A DNA stretch of 64,000 nt from a virus. Its lineage: Duplodnaviria; Caudoviricetes. A model generated the notes under the pieces. That model was not told the DNA's origin. It saw nothing but the letters and a program-made list of their open reading frames with translations, and ran no database searches. The position numbers and the translations under genes are program-made. Every line of letters begins with the position of its first letter. The first letter of the stretch is position 1. The DNA lies in the IMG/VR virus record IMGVR_UViG_3300038345_000144. One strand, given 5' to 3'. Below are positions 1 through 10,206 of this stretch, in pieces.

Positions 1-1019
1 AGAGGATTGCCTTCATCGTCGCTGTATGCCTCACCAGTGTTAGGGTCAATAAGATACCAAGTAGTACCTTCGAGTTTTGCGATATTGTTTCTGGTTACAA
101 CTTCGAAAATATCAGTTGCCTTATCAATACCAGTAGCATATCTGAAAATCAACTTACCACCACTACGGTCAATTCCACCGAAACGGCTCTTTGTAATAGC
201 AAATGAAGCAACGAGACCATCAGGAGTGATACCCTTTTCACCCTGAACCTTACCCTCGGTAAGTTCGAGGTCTGTGCCACAAGTAAACTTACGCTGTAAG
301 AACCTAATCTTGAGTGATGGGAAGTAGTTAAGAGCCGTACCACAAGGCTCTGAATACTTAAATGCTCTCGTACCAGGAATTGGCTCTACAATAGAGTGGT
401 TAATCATAATACATACATTCTGCTTGTCCTCCAAAGGTCCAAGCATCATACGACAGAACTTACTCAAGGACTTGGCTACGGTTGCCCTCATACCATTATC
501 CTTGTCAAAGTCGTTCTCATATTCAATTTCTGGAACTAATGCCTTAACAGAGTCAAATACGATAAGTCCAATATCGTCATTATTCTGTAAGTCTAAAATC
601 ATTTTGAAAATCTGCTCTGCGGGGAGACCTACGCAACGCAAACGCATAAAATGTTGTTCGTCTGTCTGTAAGCCAGTCCATCTTGCAAAGGTCTTAATCT
701 GGAACGGAAGGTTGTGTTCTGCATCTACATAAATACAAACCCTATTAGGGAACTTCTTTTGATACTGTGCCATAGCACTTATCGCCGCCAATGTCTTACA
801 ACCACCTGACGGACCTGCAAAGGTAATCATAGTACCAAGCGGAATACCACCGTTGATTGCGAAGTCTGCTGACAATGTACCAATGGAGAACTTCTGAACT
901 TCGGGGATAACATCACCCGCCATCAAAATTTTGTCCCCATACGCCTTGTTGATTGCCAGAGCCGTCGCCAAGACACCTGATACGGGTTTCTTCTCGTCTT
1001 TTGTTACTTTTTTAGCCAT
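1..1019 (-). CDS. recA: RecA/UvsX-like recombinase, runs off the window edge (absent from the ORF track)
   Basis: Manual translation: MAKKVTKD...DFAINGGIPLG..ITFAGPSGGCKT (Walker A)...YVDAEH...LIVFDSV (Walker B)...MINH; frame open to position 1. Confidence 0.9.
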   Translation of the reverse strand, partial: MAKKVTKDEKKPVSGVLATALAINKAYGDKILMAGDVIPEVQKFSIGTLSADFAINGGIPLGTMITFAGPSGGCKTLAAISAMAQYQKKFPNRVCIYVDAEHNLPFQIKTFARWTGLQTDEQHFMRLRCVGLPAEQIFKMILDLQNNDDIGLIVFDSVKALVPEIEYENDFDKDNGMRATVAKSLSKFCRMMLGPLEDKQNVCIMINHSIVEPIPGTRAFKYSEPCGTALNYFPSLKIRFLQRKFTCGTDLELTEGKVQGEKGITPDGLVASFAITKSRFGGIDRSGGKLIFRYATGIDKATDIFEVVTRNNIAKLEGTTWYLIDPNTGEAYSDDEGNP

Positions 1020-1105
1020 AAATATAAAATTCCTTTCAATTTATTTTTTGCTTATGTTAAGTTATATGGACTAAAATATATACTTTATTATAATTAAATA
1101 GCCTT

Positions 1106-1504
1106 TCAGCCCATACAGAAATTGGAGAAACGCCTAAATTCCATAGGCTCTTCACAACTATCCAATTTTATGAACTGTCCATCTTCCCACTTAAAAAGAG
1201 TGTATGCAACTGAAATTGCAGGGACTCCTTCCATAAAGGTCTCAATAATACAATACTTGTACCTATTATAGTCAGCAAAGCACCAGTCATTATCACCTGT
1301 AAAATTCTCCTCAACTATATGTAATGCTTCGTCTTTATTAGTGCAAAATCCAACACGATATAGGTCGCCTATATCTATTATTCCATACTCATCTTTCTTG
1401 GGTAAGTCTTCAATCAATGTTATTGCGTGTATCATCATCACCGTTTGCTCCTTTGAGTTTTGCCTCTGCACTACGGCTGATAAGAATACTATTAAGGACA
1501 CCAA
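1106..1504 (-). CDS. hypothetical protein (true start probably near 1437)
   Basis: ORF track; co-oriented with recA. Confidence 0.6.
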   Translation of the reverse strand: MVSLIVFLSAVVQRQNSKEQTVMMIHAITLIEDLPKKDEYGIIDIGDLYRVGFCTNKDEALHIVEENFTGDNDWCFADYNRYKYCIIETFMEGVPAISVAYTLFKWEDGQFIKLDSCEEPMEFRRFSNFCMG

Positions 1505-1919
1505 TCATTCTGTGAGTTTCTTCTAATTTTGTTTTCATTGTGTTGGCTACGGCATTGTAAAGAATTCTAACTACCTCTTTATCAACTGTGTGGGCAGTAG
1601 CCTTATTCGTTCTATAATTCTGTGTACCCTCTGTGCCATTATAAATCTCGGCTTGTGCTGTTCTTTCAAGAGCAACTGCACATTCCTGTCTTAAAACGGC
1701 TAAATCTTTTGACGGAGCGAAATAGAACTCTTCAACCTGAAGTTCAAGAATTAAATTACGCAACTCCTTATTAGACATAGTTTCAGCAGAGTCTTTTTTG
1801 ATTTTTTTCATAGCCTCGTCAATGTTCTTTGTGTGCTTTGCCACAATATCCTTGACGACGGGAGCAAGATTTGAATAAGTATCTCTTAATTCATTATCTG
1901 CGTTTTTGTAATCTATCAT
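1410..1919 (-). CDS. coiled-coil hypothetical protein, possibly a UvsY-like recombination mediator
   Basis: AAGGAG RBS, helical composition, upstream of recA; function inferred only from position. Confidence 0.55.
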   Translation of the reverse strand: MIDYKNADNELRDTYSNLAPVVKDIVAKHTKNIDEAMKKIKKDSAETMSNKELRNLILELQVEEFYFAPSKDLAVLRQECAVALERTAQAEIYNGTEGTQNYRTNKATAHTVDKEVVRILYNAVANTMKTKLEETHRMIGVLNSILISRSAEAKLKGANGDDDTRNNID

Positions 1920-1957
1920 TTTGATTATCCTACTCCTTTATTTTGTAAGTCTTGCTT

Positions 1958-1987
1958 ATTATAGCATAAAAATTTGGTGCTCGTAAA
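1958..1987 (-). promoter_or_regulatory. sigma-A-like promoter for the recA operon
   Basis: TTTACG-18-TATAAT with extended -10 TG. Confidence 0.55.
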
Positions 1988-2250
1988 GTGTAAAACTGAA
2001 AATAATTATCAACTTCGGACAGGGTGAAATATAGCCGTACTGCCTTATTTTATTGTGTTTGAGGCTTTTTTAGCCGTGCTAACATATTTTTTGCATAGTA
2101 ACAATTTTTATGTTATTAAGCATTTTTTATGTTATTAAGTAAACCTCGGCAAAACATAAAGAATTGCCGAGGAATACTCAAACGATAAAGATAAAGATGT
2201 TTGAAGGCTTCATTATTTATATGATGTCGTTTTGGCTAAAGTGTCAACCT

Positions 2251-2688
2251 TCATATCACCTTATTTGTAACAGGTGTTCTGGTTCCCTTATGCACATATC
2301 TACGACAGAAGAACTGGAAGTTGTGGTCTGTGTCCAACAACTGATAGTCCTTTAACCACTTGTAATACTTCTGATGACCTCTCATCTTCGTGGGTCTCTC
2401 CCACATATAATTGTTCCAGTCCATTATGGTCTTGTAGTCCAAGTTGCCTGCAAAGACTCCCCTGCTAATCAAGTAGTCCAACAGAACTCCTACGAGCAGG
2501 ATTGCCATACAAATACCGCAAGCAATATCTACCTTCGCCCAGTCAGGACAATCTACTATCATACCAATACAAAGTATGCCAATAAAACCAGTTCCGAATA
2601 GAATACTTCTTACTCTCTGAACTATTCTTAATCTTCTTAACTTTCTTGCCATTGTTATTTCCTCCTTGCGTTTGGTTGATGATTGCAT
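2251..2688 (-). CDS. membrane hypothetical protein
   Basis: Two hydrophobic segments; RBS before MARKL. Confidence 0.65.
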   Translation of the reverse strand: MQSSTKRKEEITMARKLRRLRIVQRVRSILFGTGFIGILCIGMIVDCPDWAKVDIACGICMAILLVGVLLDYLISRGVFAGNLDYKTIMDWNNYMWERPTKMRGHQKYYKWLKDYQLLDTDHNFQFFCRRYVHKGTRTPVTNKVI

Positions 2689-2932
2689 TATAGAAAATGA
2701 CTATCCCAGTTGTAAAGTAAAAATGGCTTAAGTAATTGAACTGTACCCTGCTTGTAATCTGTTTGTAACATTGAGTAAAAAAAGTTACATAATTTATGGA
2801 TATGGGTGGGTATAGGTTACTCTAAATAATAGTTATTATAAGAAACTACCATAATAGAGAGACATTGAACTTTTGTCAACTTTTCCGACAGAAGTAGTAT
2901 ATAATAGGTAATTATAAGAAAGGAGAGAGAGT

Positions 2933-3160
2933 ATGCTGGAAAATGCTATGGAAAAAATTTTGCAAAATTTGGGTGAGCGTTGGGACATACTCAAGGTCAA
3001 AGAAGATGATGAGAACTATTATGTGTTTACCACTATCGTCGAACAACAAATGCTCGGTCCGATTTATCAAGTAGTTAAGTCTTCTGGAAATATCAACTTC
3101 CTGCCGATGCCCGACCCCGACAGTTTTGCTTTAATCAATTCAGCAGTGGAAATTACCTGA
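2933..3160 (+). CDS. hypothetical protein
   Basis: AAGGAG RBS. Confidence 0.65.
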   Translation: MLENAMEKILQNLGERWDILKVKEDDENYYVFTTIVEQQMLGPIYQVVKSSGNINFLPMPDPDSFALINSAVEIT

Positions 3161-3455
3161 ACATAAAAATAGAGTGCTACCATTCCCGACTTGGTAGCAC
3201 CCCGAAAAGAAAGGAGAAAACACTATGCTTGATTACAAAAAGCAATTTCAAACACAACTTTATTATACGCCTATTCGCTAATTTTGTAAATGGTGGTACA
3301 AAAAAAGTTCTATATAGTAGGAATAGTTCAGGCTATTCCTATTTTTTGTGCATTGATATACCCATCCGTCCAAAAACATATTGTTTTAGGGTATTTACAA
3401 AAACACAAAGATTTTGGTATAATTGTGTTATCAAATAATAAAGGAGTAAACACTT

Positions 3456-4112
3456 ATGAGTTTTTGGACACATATTAACGGGGTTATCACCCTTGATGTT
3501 GCAGGCAGAACACAGGTAGAAATGGACTATATTATTGGTTCAATTCTTGACCATCTTCCAAAGGTTACTGGTTCAGAGCGTGATATGGAGTTTTATCTTA
3601 CTCCTGTTAAGGGTTCAAATTGTTCTTGTAGTTGTGACGAATATGAACAGGATAGTAACCTTCTTCCATCAAAGTATGGTGGAAGGTTTGGTTGGTTGGA
3701 AACCCAGTCAGTTTATTTATTAACCGTTCACGGCTCTCTCCGTGATAGAATGTTTGAGGAAACATTTAAGGAGTTTCTTAACTTTGCTACCCGTCTTGCT
3801 AAAAGATGTATGGTAACTGATATTCTGGTTAGCGTCACTGGTTATAGTGAGAAAGGTTATGGGTTTAAGAAGACTGTTATATCTGATTACAAGCCTTTTT
3901 CTGATATGTATGAATACCCAAGTTGGTCAATTGGCAACGAGACAGGTGAACCTGCTTGGTGGGAACACTTAATGTGGGATAGATTTGGCAATTCTGCATT
4001 ACCTCTTAATCTCATTGTAAAGTATTACAAGGATGAAAAGGCTGATGCTGAATGGGATAGGCGAATGAACGCTAATAACGGCGAAGATGATACCGAAGAT
4101 ACCAAACAGTAA
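3456..4112 (+). CDS. conserved-looking phage hypothetical protein
   Basis: AAGGAG RBS, 218 aa. Confidence 0.75.
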   Translation: MSFWTHINGVITLDVAGRTQVEMDYIIGSILDHLPKVTGSERDMEFYLTPVKGSNCSCSCDEYEQDSNLLPSKYGGRFGWLETQSVYLLTVHGSLRDRMFEETFKEFLNFATRLAKRCMVTDILVSVTGYSEKGYGFKKTVISDYKPFSDMYEYPSWSIGNETGEPAWWEHLMWDRFGNSALPLNLIVKYYKDEKADAEWDRRMNANNGEDDTEDTKQ

Positions 4113-4124
4113 GGAGAAATCAAA

Positions 4125-4460
4125 ATGAAAACATCGGACTTAATTAAAAAGCATATTTCAGAAATGGACTCAAAGGACCCTATTCTGTTTTACATTGTCA
4201 AAAAGCCACACAGAGAAAATAGTGAGGACTTTCATTTACGCTTTTACTCTGATGACTTTAGATGTCAGTGTGAAGATGACTTTGTAACTGGAAGTGAGTG
4301 TATGTGTCAGCAGATAGCATATCTCACCGAGAAGTACGCAAAGAGAGGAATTCAGGTAGTCTTTGAATTTAGTGAGCAGATGAAGCCAGATTATATTATA
4401 TCTGACAGTCAGTTTGCTCCTATTTATGATTACGAAATAATGGAAGCAAGGACAGTATGA
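4125..4460 (+). CDS. hypothetical protein
   Basis: RBS, tightly packed. Confidence 0.65.
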   Translation: MKTSDLIKKHISEMDSKDPILFYIVKKPHRENSEDFHLRFYSDDFRCQCEDDFVTGSECMCQQIAYLTEKYAKRGIQVVFEFSEQMKPDYIISDSQFAPIYDYEIMEARTV

Positions 4461-4695
4461 ATTTAGAATTAGTTAGTAACATTTTTTTAACCATATCGGC
4501 TTTTGCTTTTTGTTTCTGGATTGGTTTGCGTGTTTGGAGGATGTCCTAATGTATCGAAAAGAACACATACCACCTCTGCTATCGGCGGCAACGATACTGG
4601 GAAGAATTATCCGAGTATTGTTAGATAAACAGTTAATTGACCGTGAGGATGCCCTGTATATACTTGGGGATAGAGATTATAAGGAGGAAGAGTAA

Positions 4696-5151
4696 ATGAC
4701 TGCTCTTGAGATTTTAGAAAAGATTAAAGCCCAGATTGAGAAAACATATTACAGTCAGGGCGAAGGCTTTGACGATTATTCAGATGGATTTATTAGGGCT
4801 AAAAATGAAGACCTGAAAATCCTTGACTGTTTTATTACAAGAGCCAAGTGGAAGGAAAATAAGAAAAGCAACAATGTCCAGACCGTTTGCGGAAACAATC
4901 CAAAATGGTGTGAGAGTTGCGTATCAAAAGGCAAATGTGCAAGTACAGGACCGCAAAGCGAGCGTGAGTTTATAGAAATACTTGCTCAAAATGTACCTGA
5001 TGATATTACTCCTGTTGATTACAGAGGAAAGCCTTATTATTCAATTCACTATAAGGAAAACGGAAAGGATTTTGTTGGCTTTGGTACTTACAAGCCCGAA
5101 GTATTATCCAGTTATTTGAGAGACTATTTTATGAAAGGAGATGCGAAATGA
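4696..5151 (+). CDS. hypothetical protein
   Basis: AGGAGG RBS. Confidence 0.65.
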   Translation: MTALEILEKIKAQIEKTYYSQGEGFDDYSDGFIRAKNEDLKILDCFITRAKWKENKKSNNVQTVCGNNPKWCESCVSKGKCASTGPQSEREFIEILAQNVPDDITPVDYRGKPYYSIHYKENGKDFVGFGTYKPEVLSSYLRDYFMKGDAK

Positions 5152-5231
5152 ATACTACAAAATTCTTATTTTATAAGAGGATGATGGACAAACAAATTAT
5201 GCAATTAAGATATGCGTGAGGTTAATGAAGA

Positions 5232-5447
5232 ATGAAATGCCCTAAATGTGGTACAGAAATGGTTTGGGTGGGTGATGTTCAAATATTGATTAAAGATACA
5301 GACAAATATCTTTATAAATTATCCAAGAAAGCATTTCGTAGTAAAGATATTAAATTGGTAGCAGTTAATTGGAATAAGGGAGATTTGTTTTGTCCTAACT
5401 ATTTACAATGTGGAAATCATCCATTGTTGAAAGGCGGTAAGAAATGA
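5232..5447 (+). CDS. zinc-ribbon small protein
   Basis: CPKC...CPNYLQC. Confidence 0.6.
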   Translation: MKCPKCGTEMVWVGDVQILIKDTDKYLYKLSKKAFRSKDIKLVAVNWNKGDLFCPNYLQCGNHPLLKGGKK

Positions 5448-5740
5448 GACTTGGTGATTTAGATGCTTTGAAAAAGGAGTTTATAAACGAATTCTATACG
5501 GCACTTGGTCAGGGTGAAGATAGTTTTGATGTTATTGGTACTATGGCAAAAGTTATCGACAATGCCCCGACAGTTGAAGAAAGACTAAAAGGCGAGTGGG
5601 TAGTAGAAAAGAACAAGTTTGGTGATATTCTACATTGTTCTATATGCGGTGCAAGACCTCGCAGAAGTGAGTATGGATATGACTTACACGATAAGTTTTG
5701 TAATGAGTGTGGTGCGGATATGAGAAAGGCTGAAGAATGA
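5444..5740 (+). CDS. modular phage protein (RLxDxD..APTV plus GEW..CxxC..CxxCGA zinc ribbon)
   Basis: Motifs in translation; ATGA coupling. Confidence 0.7.
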   Translation: MRLGDLDALKKEFINEFYTALGQGEDSFDVIGTMAKVIDNAPTVEERLKGEWVVEKNKFGDILHCSICGARPRRSEYGYDLHDKFCNECGADMRKAEE

Positions 5741-5928
5741 GTGTTGAAAACGGTAAAGTCTGCTGTAATTGCCGACATTGTAAAAGAATAGCCAAAGAGC
5801 ACGGAAAACATATTGAGTGTCGTTGTGATATAGATAATGCTTATCTGACTTATACGACGGTTTTGAGTTATTGGTGTCGGCATTGGGCAAAAGAAAGCGA
5901 GAAAGGTGGTACGGAAAATGACAGATAA
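5737..5928 (+). CDS. Cys-rich small protein
   Basis: CCNCRHC; ATGA coupling. Confidence 0.55.
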   Translation: MSVENGKVCCNCRHCKRIAKEHGKHIECRCDIDNAYLTYTTVLSYWCRHWAKESEKGGTENDR

Positions 5929-6118
5929 AGAAAAAGCAATAGTTATGGCTTATACGGGAGTTGCTATGCTTACTGGAGACAAGTTCTCTATATTTCATAA
6001 GTACATCGAGGACCTCTTGAACCGACCTGTGTTTACTCACGAATTGGCAAGCGAAGAGGTTTGGAACGAGATTAAGGAAAAATCAAAGGATGACTTTTTG
6101 AAGTTGTGTAGAGATTAA
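5906..6118 (+). CDS. small phage hypothetical protein
   Basis: Coupled ORF. Confidence 0.6.
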   Translation: MVRKMTDKEKAIVMAYTGVAMLTGDKFSIFHKYIEDLLNRPVFTHELASEEVWNEIKEKSKDDFLKLCRD

Positions 6119-6148
6119 ACTATTGCTGTGTAAATATACAGAAAGGCG

Positions 6149-6451
6149 GTGCGGAAAATGACGGATAAAAAGACCGTTTATTGGCTTAAAGAAATCAAAA
6201 AGGAACTGAAAACAAGAAGGTTCCCTGAATACAAAGACGAAGTTTTCGAGGCACTTGATACGGCTATTGCCAAATTCAATGAACCTGAAATCACATACGC
6301 TTGGCAGGATAGTATTCCTAATGTTGATAACGATTATGGTAAATATTCTCACACTTGCCCTAATTGTCATACGGCACAGCGTAACAAGAGTAAGTTCTGT
6401 CCCGACTGTGGAGCCAAAATGAAATTTGATGAGGTAACAAAAAATGAATGA
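6149..6451 (+). CDS. zinc-ribbon protein
   Basis: CPNC...FCPDCGAKM. Confidence 0.65.
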   Translation: MRKMTDKKTVYWLKEIKKELKTRRFPEYKDEVFEALDTAIAKFNEPEITYAWQDSIPNVDNDYGKYSHTCPNCHTAQRNKSKFCPDCGAKMKFDEVTKNE

Positions 6452-6740
6452 CGAAAAGGCATTAGAACAGTTAGAAGAATTTTTGGTGATTGATGATTGG
6501 TCAGCCGTATATATGCCTTACTTACAAGACGCTATTGAATATGTTATCAATCGCATAAATGCAGACAGGTGGGTTCCAGTATCAGAAAGATTGCCAGACA
6601 AAGAGGGCAAATGCTTGGTAACAACCGACTTCGGAGATGTATGTGAGGATAGTTTTGTGGACGGTATGTTTGTTTTATATCTTGGTAATGTTATTGCTTG
6701 GAAATATAAACCTGAACCATACAAGGAGAATAAAGAATGA
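6444..6740 (+). CDS. DUF551-like protein
   Basis: WVPVSERLP...VIAWK motif. Confidence 0.7.
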   Translation: MNDEKALEQLEEFLVIDDWSAVYMPYLQDAIEYVINRINADRWVPVSERLPDKEGKCLVTTDFGDVCEDSFVDGMFVLYLGNVIAWKYKPEPYKENKE

Positions 6741-7135
6741 TAGATAACATTGACGAGGCAATTAAACATTGTCTTGAAAAGGCAGAAGAAAAGAAGAAAG
6801 AGGCAGACTACCTTGATGCACCTTACGGAATGGACACAAGCGAAAGAACAAGTTGCCTTGACTGTGCAAACGACCATTTACAGTTAGCCCAATGGTTAAC
6901 TGAATTAAAAAACTATCAAGACCCTAACAGGAAGTGTTCTAATTGCAAATATAACAGCCAGTGTGGTCCTGATTATGAGCGTTATGCACAAACAACAGAG
7001 GGAACTCTTTATAAACACAAGGTCAGCGGAGTTCTAAAACTTGTTATAAAACACCCAAAATGCAGAAATTGTAGTGCAACCGTTTTAAGACATTTTGAGC
7101 CAAAAGAGGAGACTAAAGATGATAACAAATCTTAA
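6737..7135 (+). CDS. modular hypothetical protein
   Basis: DEAIKH...C..DH.QL..WL.ELK module plus CxxC. Confidence 0.65.
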   Translation: MIDNIDEAIKHCLEKAEEKKKEADYLDAPYGMDTSERTSCLDCANDHLQLAQWLTELKNYQDPNRKCSNCKYNSQCGPDYERYAQTTEGTLYKHKVSGVLKLVIKHPKCRNCSATVLRHFEPKEETKDDNKS

Positions 7136-7430
7136 GGACTTAATTGAGAATTTAAGAGATAGAGCCGAGATTTTAAGATGTGAAGCGAGGTTACTTAATT
7201 CTCATTATGAACTGGAAGCAAAAAGAAAAGAATATTGTATTCACAGGGCTAACGGATTAGAGAAGTTTGCTACTTGGATTGATAATTTAGCGATTGCCGA
7301 CAAGCGAGAGGCACAGGAAATATTTGACGATGACACTCTTGATTGTTCTAATAAGGTTAGAAAATTAAACCAATTGTTTGCTTACATTAAGCGAAGGGAA
7401 GCGGGGTATTACAATGACATATATTCTTGA
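7095..7430 (+). CDS. hypothetical protein
   Basis: Coupled ORF. Confidence 0.55.
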   Translation: MSQKRRLKMITNLKDLIENLRDRAEILRCEARLLNSHYELEAKRKEYCIHRANGLEKFATWIDNLAIADKREAQEIFDDDTLDCSNKVRKLNQLFAYIKRREAGYYNDIYS

Positions 7431-7860
7431 TAATGCTATTAAGCACTATACTGAAAGAACAGAAAACTTAAAGAAAGACTTACAAAGCCTGAAAGAGAAA
7501 AAGGCGTTAATTGAAAGTAATCCAAGAAATCCGATAGGTATTTATGATGAACCTATCGGTACTTGCACTGCACTTGTTCAAGAATACGACCAGTTAGTAA
7601 GATGGCTTACTGAATTAAAGCAAATTCGAGAACAGTCGAATGAAGGCAAGTGGGAAGTAGTACCTATATACTGTTGTCAATATCCTATTGATGATGCTTG
7701 TGCTAAAGGTAAACACTTTGCCAGTGATGAGTGGTGCTTAACCTGTGAGCATTGGAGACAAGATGGTGTTAGGTACAAATGTCGTAAGTGTGGTAAGACT
7801 TATGATGTAAACCATAATTTCTGTCCTAATTGTGGTTCAGATAACAGGAGTGATGACTAA
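7378..7860 (+). CDS. modular zinc-ribbon protein
   Basis: QL..WL.ELK module plus GKW..CxxC..FCPNCG. Confidence 0.65.
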   Translation: MLTLSEGKRGITMTYILDNAIKHYTERTENLKKDLQSLKEKKALIESNPRNPIGIYDEPIGTCTALVQEYDQLVRWLTELKQIREQSNEGKWEVVPIYCCQYPIDDACAKGKHFASDEWCLTCEHWRQDGVRYKCRKCGKTYDVNHNFCPNCGSDNRSDD

Positions 7861-8180
7861 TGGCTACTTGGATTTTGAAAGTTTATATAAGTGAAAATTG
7901 CGGATGTAGTACCGTTGCTTGCTCTGATTGTAAACAGCCTGCTCTTGAGCCTACTTATTATGGAGGATTTGATGATGGAATGACTGATAGAGACCGCTAT
8001 TTTAAGTGGGACCATTCTAAAACAACATCGAACTCTTGCTTATCAAATTTCTGCCCCCACTGTGGAGCACAAATGACAGGTGTAGACTTAAATACCAAAA
8101 TTTATCACAAGGACTATGAAGCAGACCGTAAGGCAATTCAAGAGGCTAAAGAAAAGGGCGAATGGTGGAGATTTATGTAA
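7860..8180 (+). CDS. zinc-ribbon protein
   Basis: CSDC...FCPHCGAQM. Confidence 0.65.
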   Translation: MATWILKVYISENCGCSTVACSDCKQPALEPTYYGGFDDGMTDRDRYFKWDHSKTTSNSCLSNFCPHCGAQMTGVDLNTKIYHKDYEADRKAIQEAKEKGEWWRFM

Positions 8181-8181
8181 T

Positions 8182-8490
8182 ATGGAAGACGAAAAGAAAG
8201 TTAAGTTAGTAATTGAAATACCTGAAGAACAGTATTCAATTATTTTGGAAACTATTACAGGTATTCGTGAGGAAATGAGAAGAAAGGGATATGCCAAGAA
8301 TGATGTTGTGTCTATTGGTTGGACAGCGATTGCTGATGGTAAAGTTTTACCCAGGGGTCACGGAAGGCTGATTGACGCAGATAAACTTAATACCAGACCT
8401 AATTACGGTAATAACTCAACTCGTACAATGTGGTATAACATTGAGGCTATGGTAAATAAAGCACCTACGGTATTAGAGGCTGATGTATGA
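8182..8490 (+). CDS. modular hypothetical protein
   Basis: KVKLVIEI..AIADG.VLP.GHGRLIDAD..APTV; start moved to MEDEK. Confidence 0.6.
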   Translation: MEDEKKVKLVIEIPEEQYSIILETITGIREEMRRKGYAKNDVVSIGWTAIADGKVLPRGHGRLIDADKLNTRPNYGNNSTRTMWYNIEAMVNKAPTVLEADV

Positions 8491-8655
8491 GCGACCATAA
8501 AAAGCGTAAATTGATAATTGAGGTTGATGACGAAACCCTTAACTATTGTGAAAGGTTCCGTTCTGTTGATTATCGCTGGGTAGATAATTTGCACGAATAT
8601 GATATGGCACAGGCAATTCTTAATGGTATTCCTATACCTAACGAGGTGTCAAATA

Positions 8656-8958
8656 ATGAGTGATAGTAAGAAAGTTCAAGTTGTCATTGAGTTAGATGAA
8701 CTTATTTATAAGGTACTCAAGGACTATACACCCGTGCAGTCTTGCTGTACTGAAAATGCACGACTGGTTCTCGCCGTTAAAGAGGGCATACTTCTACCTG
8801 ACGGCGATTTAATAAGCCGTGAATATTTAGAAGACGCATTTGATAATTTGTGTTGCCACAATTGTAAGATGTGTCGAAATTTTAGAATAGAAGATAGTTT
8901 TTACAAGTGTGCTTTAATTGATAACGCCCCGACAATACAAAAGAAAAAGTTAAAATGA
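8656..8958 (+). CDS. modular hypothetical protein
   Basis: KVQVVIEL..G..LP.GDLISR..DNAPT; start moved to MSDSK after GAGG. Confidence 0.6.
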   Translation: MSDSKKVQVVIELDELIYKVLKDYTPVQSCCTENARLVLAVKEGILLPDGDLISREYLEDAFDNLCCHNCKMCRNFRIEDSFYKCALIDNAPTIQKKKLK

Positions 8959-9251
8959 GTAGCGGTAAAGAAGAAAAAGTAAAGTAAATCTCCCTCTTTA
9001 CAAATATATACTAAATTAGGTACAATGTTGTTATCAAATAATAAAAGGAGATAACACATATGATTATGAAGATTAGACAGATGTTCTGCAAGCACGATTA
9101 CGAGTTATGCAGAAAGGTACAGCCCTTTCATAATTTAAGTGGTGAACAACTTTATAAGCGTTGTACGAAGTGCGGTAAGGTTATTAAGGATAGATTTGTC
9201 TCCACTGAAGAGATGTGGACAATGTATCAGTAAATAAAGGAGTATTACAAA

Positions 9252-9416
9252 ATGACTAATAAAGATAAGTTTATGCAGGTATTTGGAGAAGAGCCTGATA
9301 CCGACGTTTGCCCTGTCGGTTGTCGTACCGATTGTCCTTGTTTTTCAAAGTGCAAGGGAAGCGGAAACGGACGAGACTGGTGGAATAGCGAGTACAAGAG
9401 AAAGAGGAAAAACTGA
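9252..9416 (+). CDS. small MTN..F..WWN.EY family protein (absent from the ORF track)
   Basis: Manual translation MTNKDKFMQVFG...DWWNSEYK; AAGGAG RBS. Confidence 0.6.
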   Translation: MTNKDKFMQVFGEEPDTDVCPVGCRTDCPCFSKCKGSGNGRDWWNSEYKRKRKN

Positions 9417-9591
9417 TGACACCTGAAAATGAAAAAATCTGTCCGTTAGTTAACGGTAAATGTATTGGTACTGCGTGTATGGGTTGTAAAGAGGATATAC
9501 GGGGCGATATTAACGGTCTTATTATTCATCGAGAAACGTATTATACCTGCAAATTATTTGATGTAGAGTTAAACATTAAGGGTGCAGAGTA

Positions 9592-9741
9592 ATGACTAAT
9601 GGTGAAAAGTTATTGTCCGTTTTTGAAGGGGCAACAATATATGGAACATATAAAGAGAAAGGCATAATCAAAGTCTGTGTTGATAACTTTTATATCGTTC
9701 CATTTGATTTGGACTGGTGGAACCGAGAATATGATGGATAA
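9592..9741 (+). CDS. small MTNG..F..WWN.EY family protein (absent from the ORF track)
   Basis: MTNGEKLLSVF...DWWNREYDG. Confidence 0.55.
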   Translation: MTNGEKLLSVFEGATIYGTYKEKGIIKVCVDNFYIVPFDLDWWNREYDG

Positions 9742-9946
9742 CGAACCAATACAGATGATATTTAGGGGCTATAACAAGGGACACAAACTTCTGTTTTATG
9801 AGTGTCCTCGATGTGAAGCCCCTTATGATAGTTTTTACTTTAAGACCGCTAAACTTAAACCTAATACAGTTATAACTTGTGATTGTTGTGGCATAGATAT
9901 GATTGTGCCAAAATATAAGAATTTTAGGAGGGCAATTAGAAGATGA
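9677..9946 (+). CDS. zinc-ribbon protein (start probably near 9731)
   Basis: CPRC...CDCC. Confidence 0.55.
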   Translation: MLITFISFHLIWTGGTENMMDNEPIQMIFRGYNKGHKLLFYECPRCEAPYDSFYFKTAKLKPNTVITCDCCGIDMIVPKYKNFRRAIRR

Positions 9947-10206
9947 AATGTGATAACTGTCCCTTATTATATAGGCAGTGCTACTATGAAAGTTACGAAA
10001 TTGACGAATATTGTCAGGCAGGCATTGAAGACGATGATTTGGTTGAATTCAAAGACCTGTCAGTAGGTTGTAGGATGCCCAGAAATAAGATTGATAAGAT
10101 TGCTCGTCAGATAGCACAGTGTCGTAGGTGTAAGCACTGGATGTCAGAAAGCCCTGATAGTGGCTGTATTACCTGTAAAGATAATAAGAATTTTGAGCAA
10201 ATATAA
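9943..10206 (+). CDS. Cys-rich hypothetical protein
   Basis: Coupled ORF. Confidence 0.6.
   Translation: MKCDNCPLLYRQCYYESYEIDEYCQAGIEDDDLVEFKDLSVGCRMPRNKIDKIARQIAQCRRCKHWMSESPDSGCITCKDNKNFEQI

Noticed and set aside
2105-2139. Short tandem repeat TTTTTATGTTATTAAG, two copies
   Set aside because: Only two copies in AT-rich intergenic DNA with no further support
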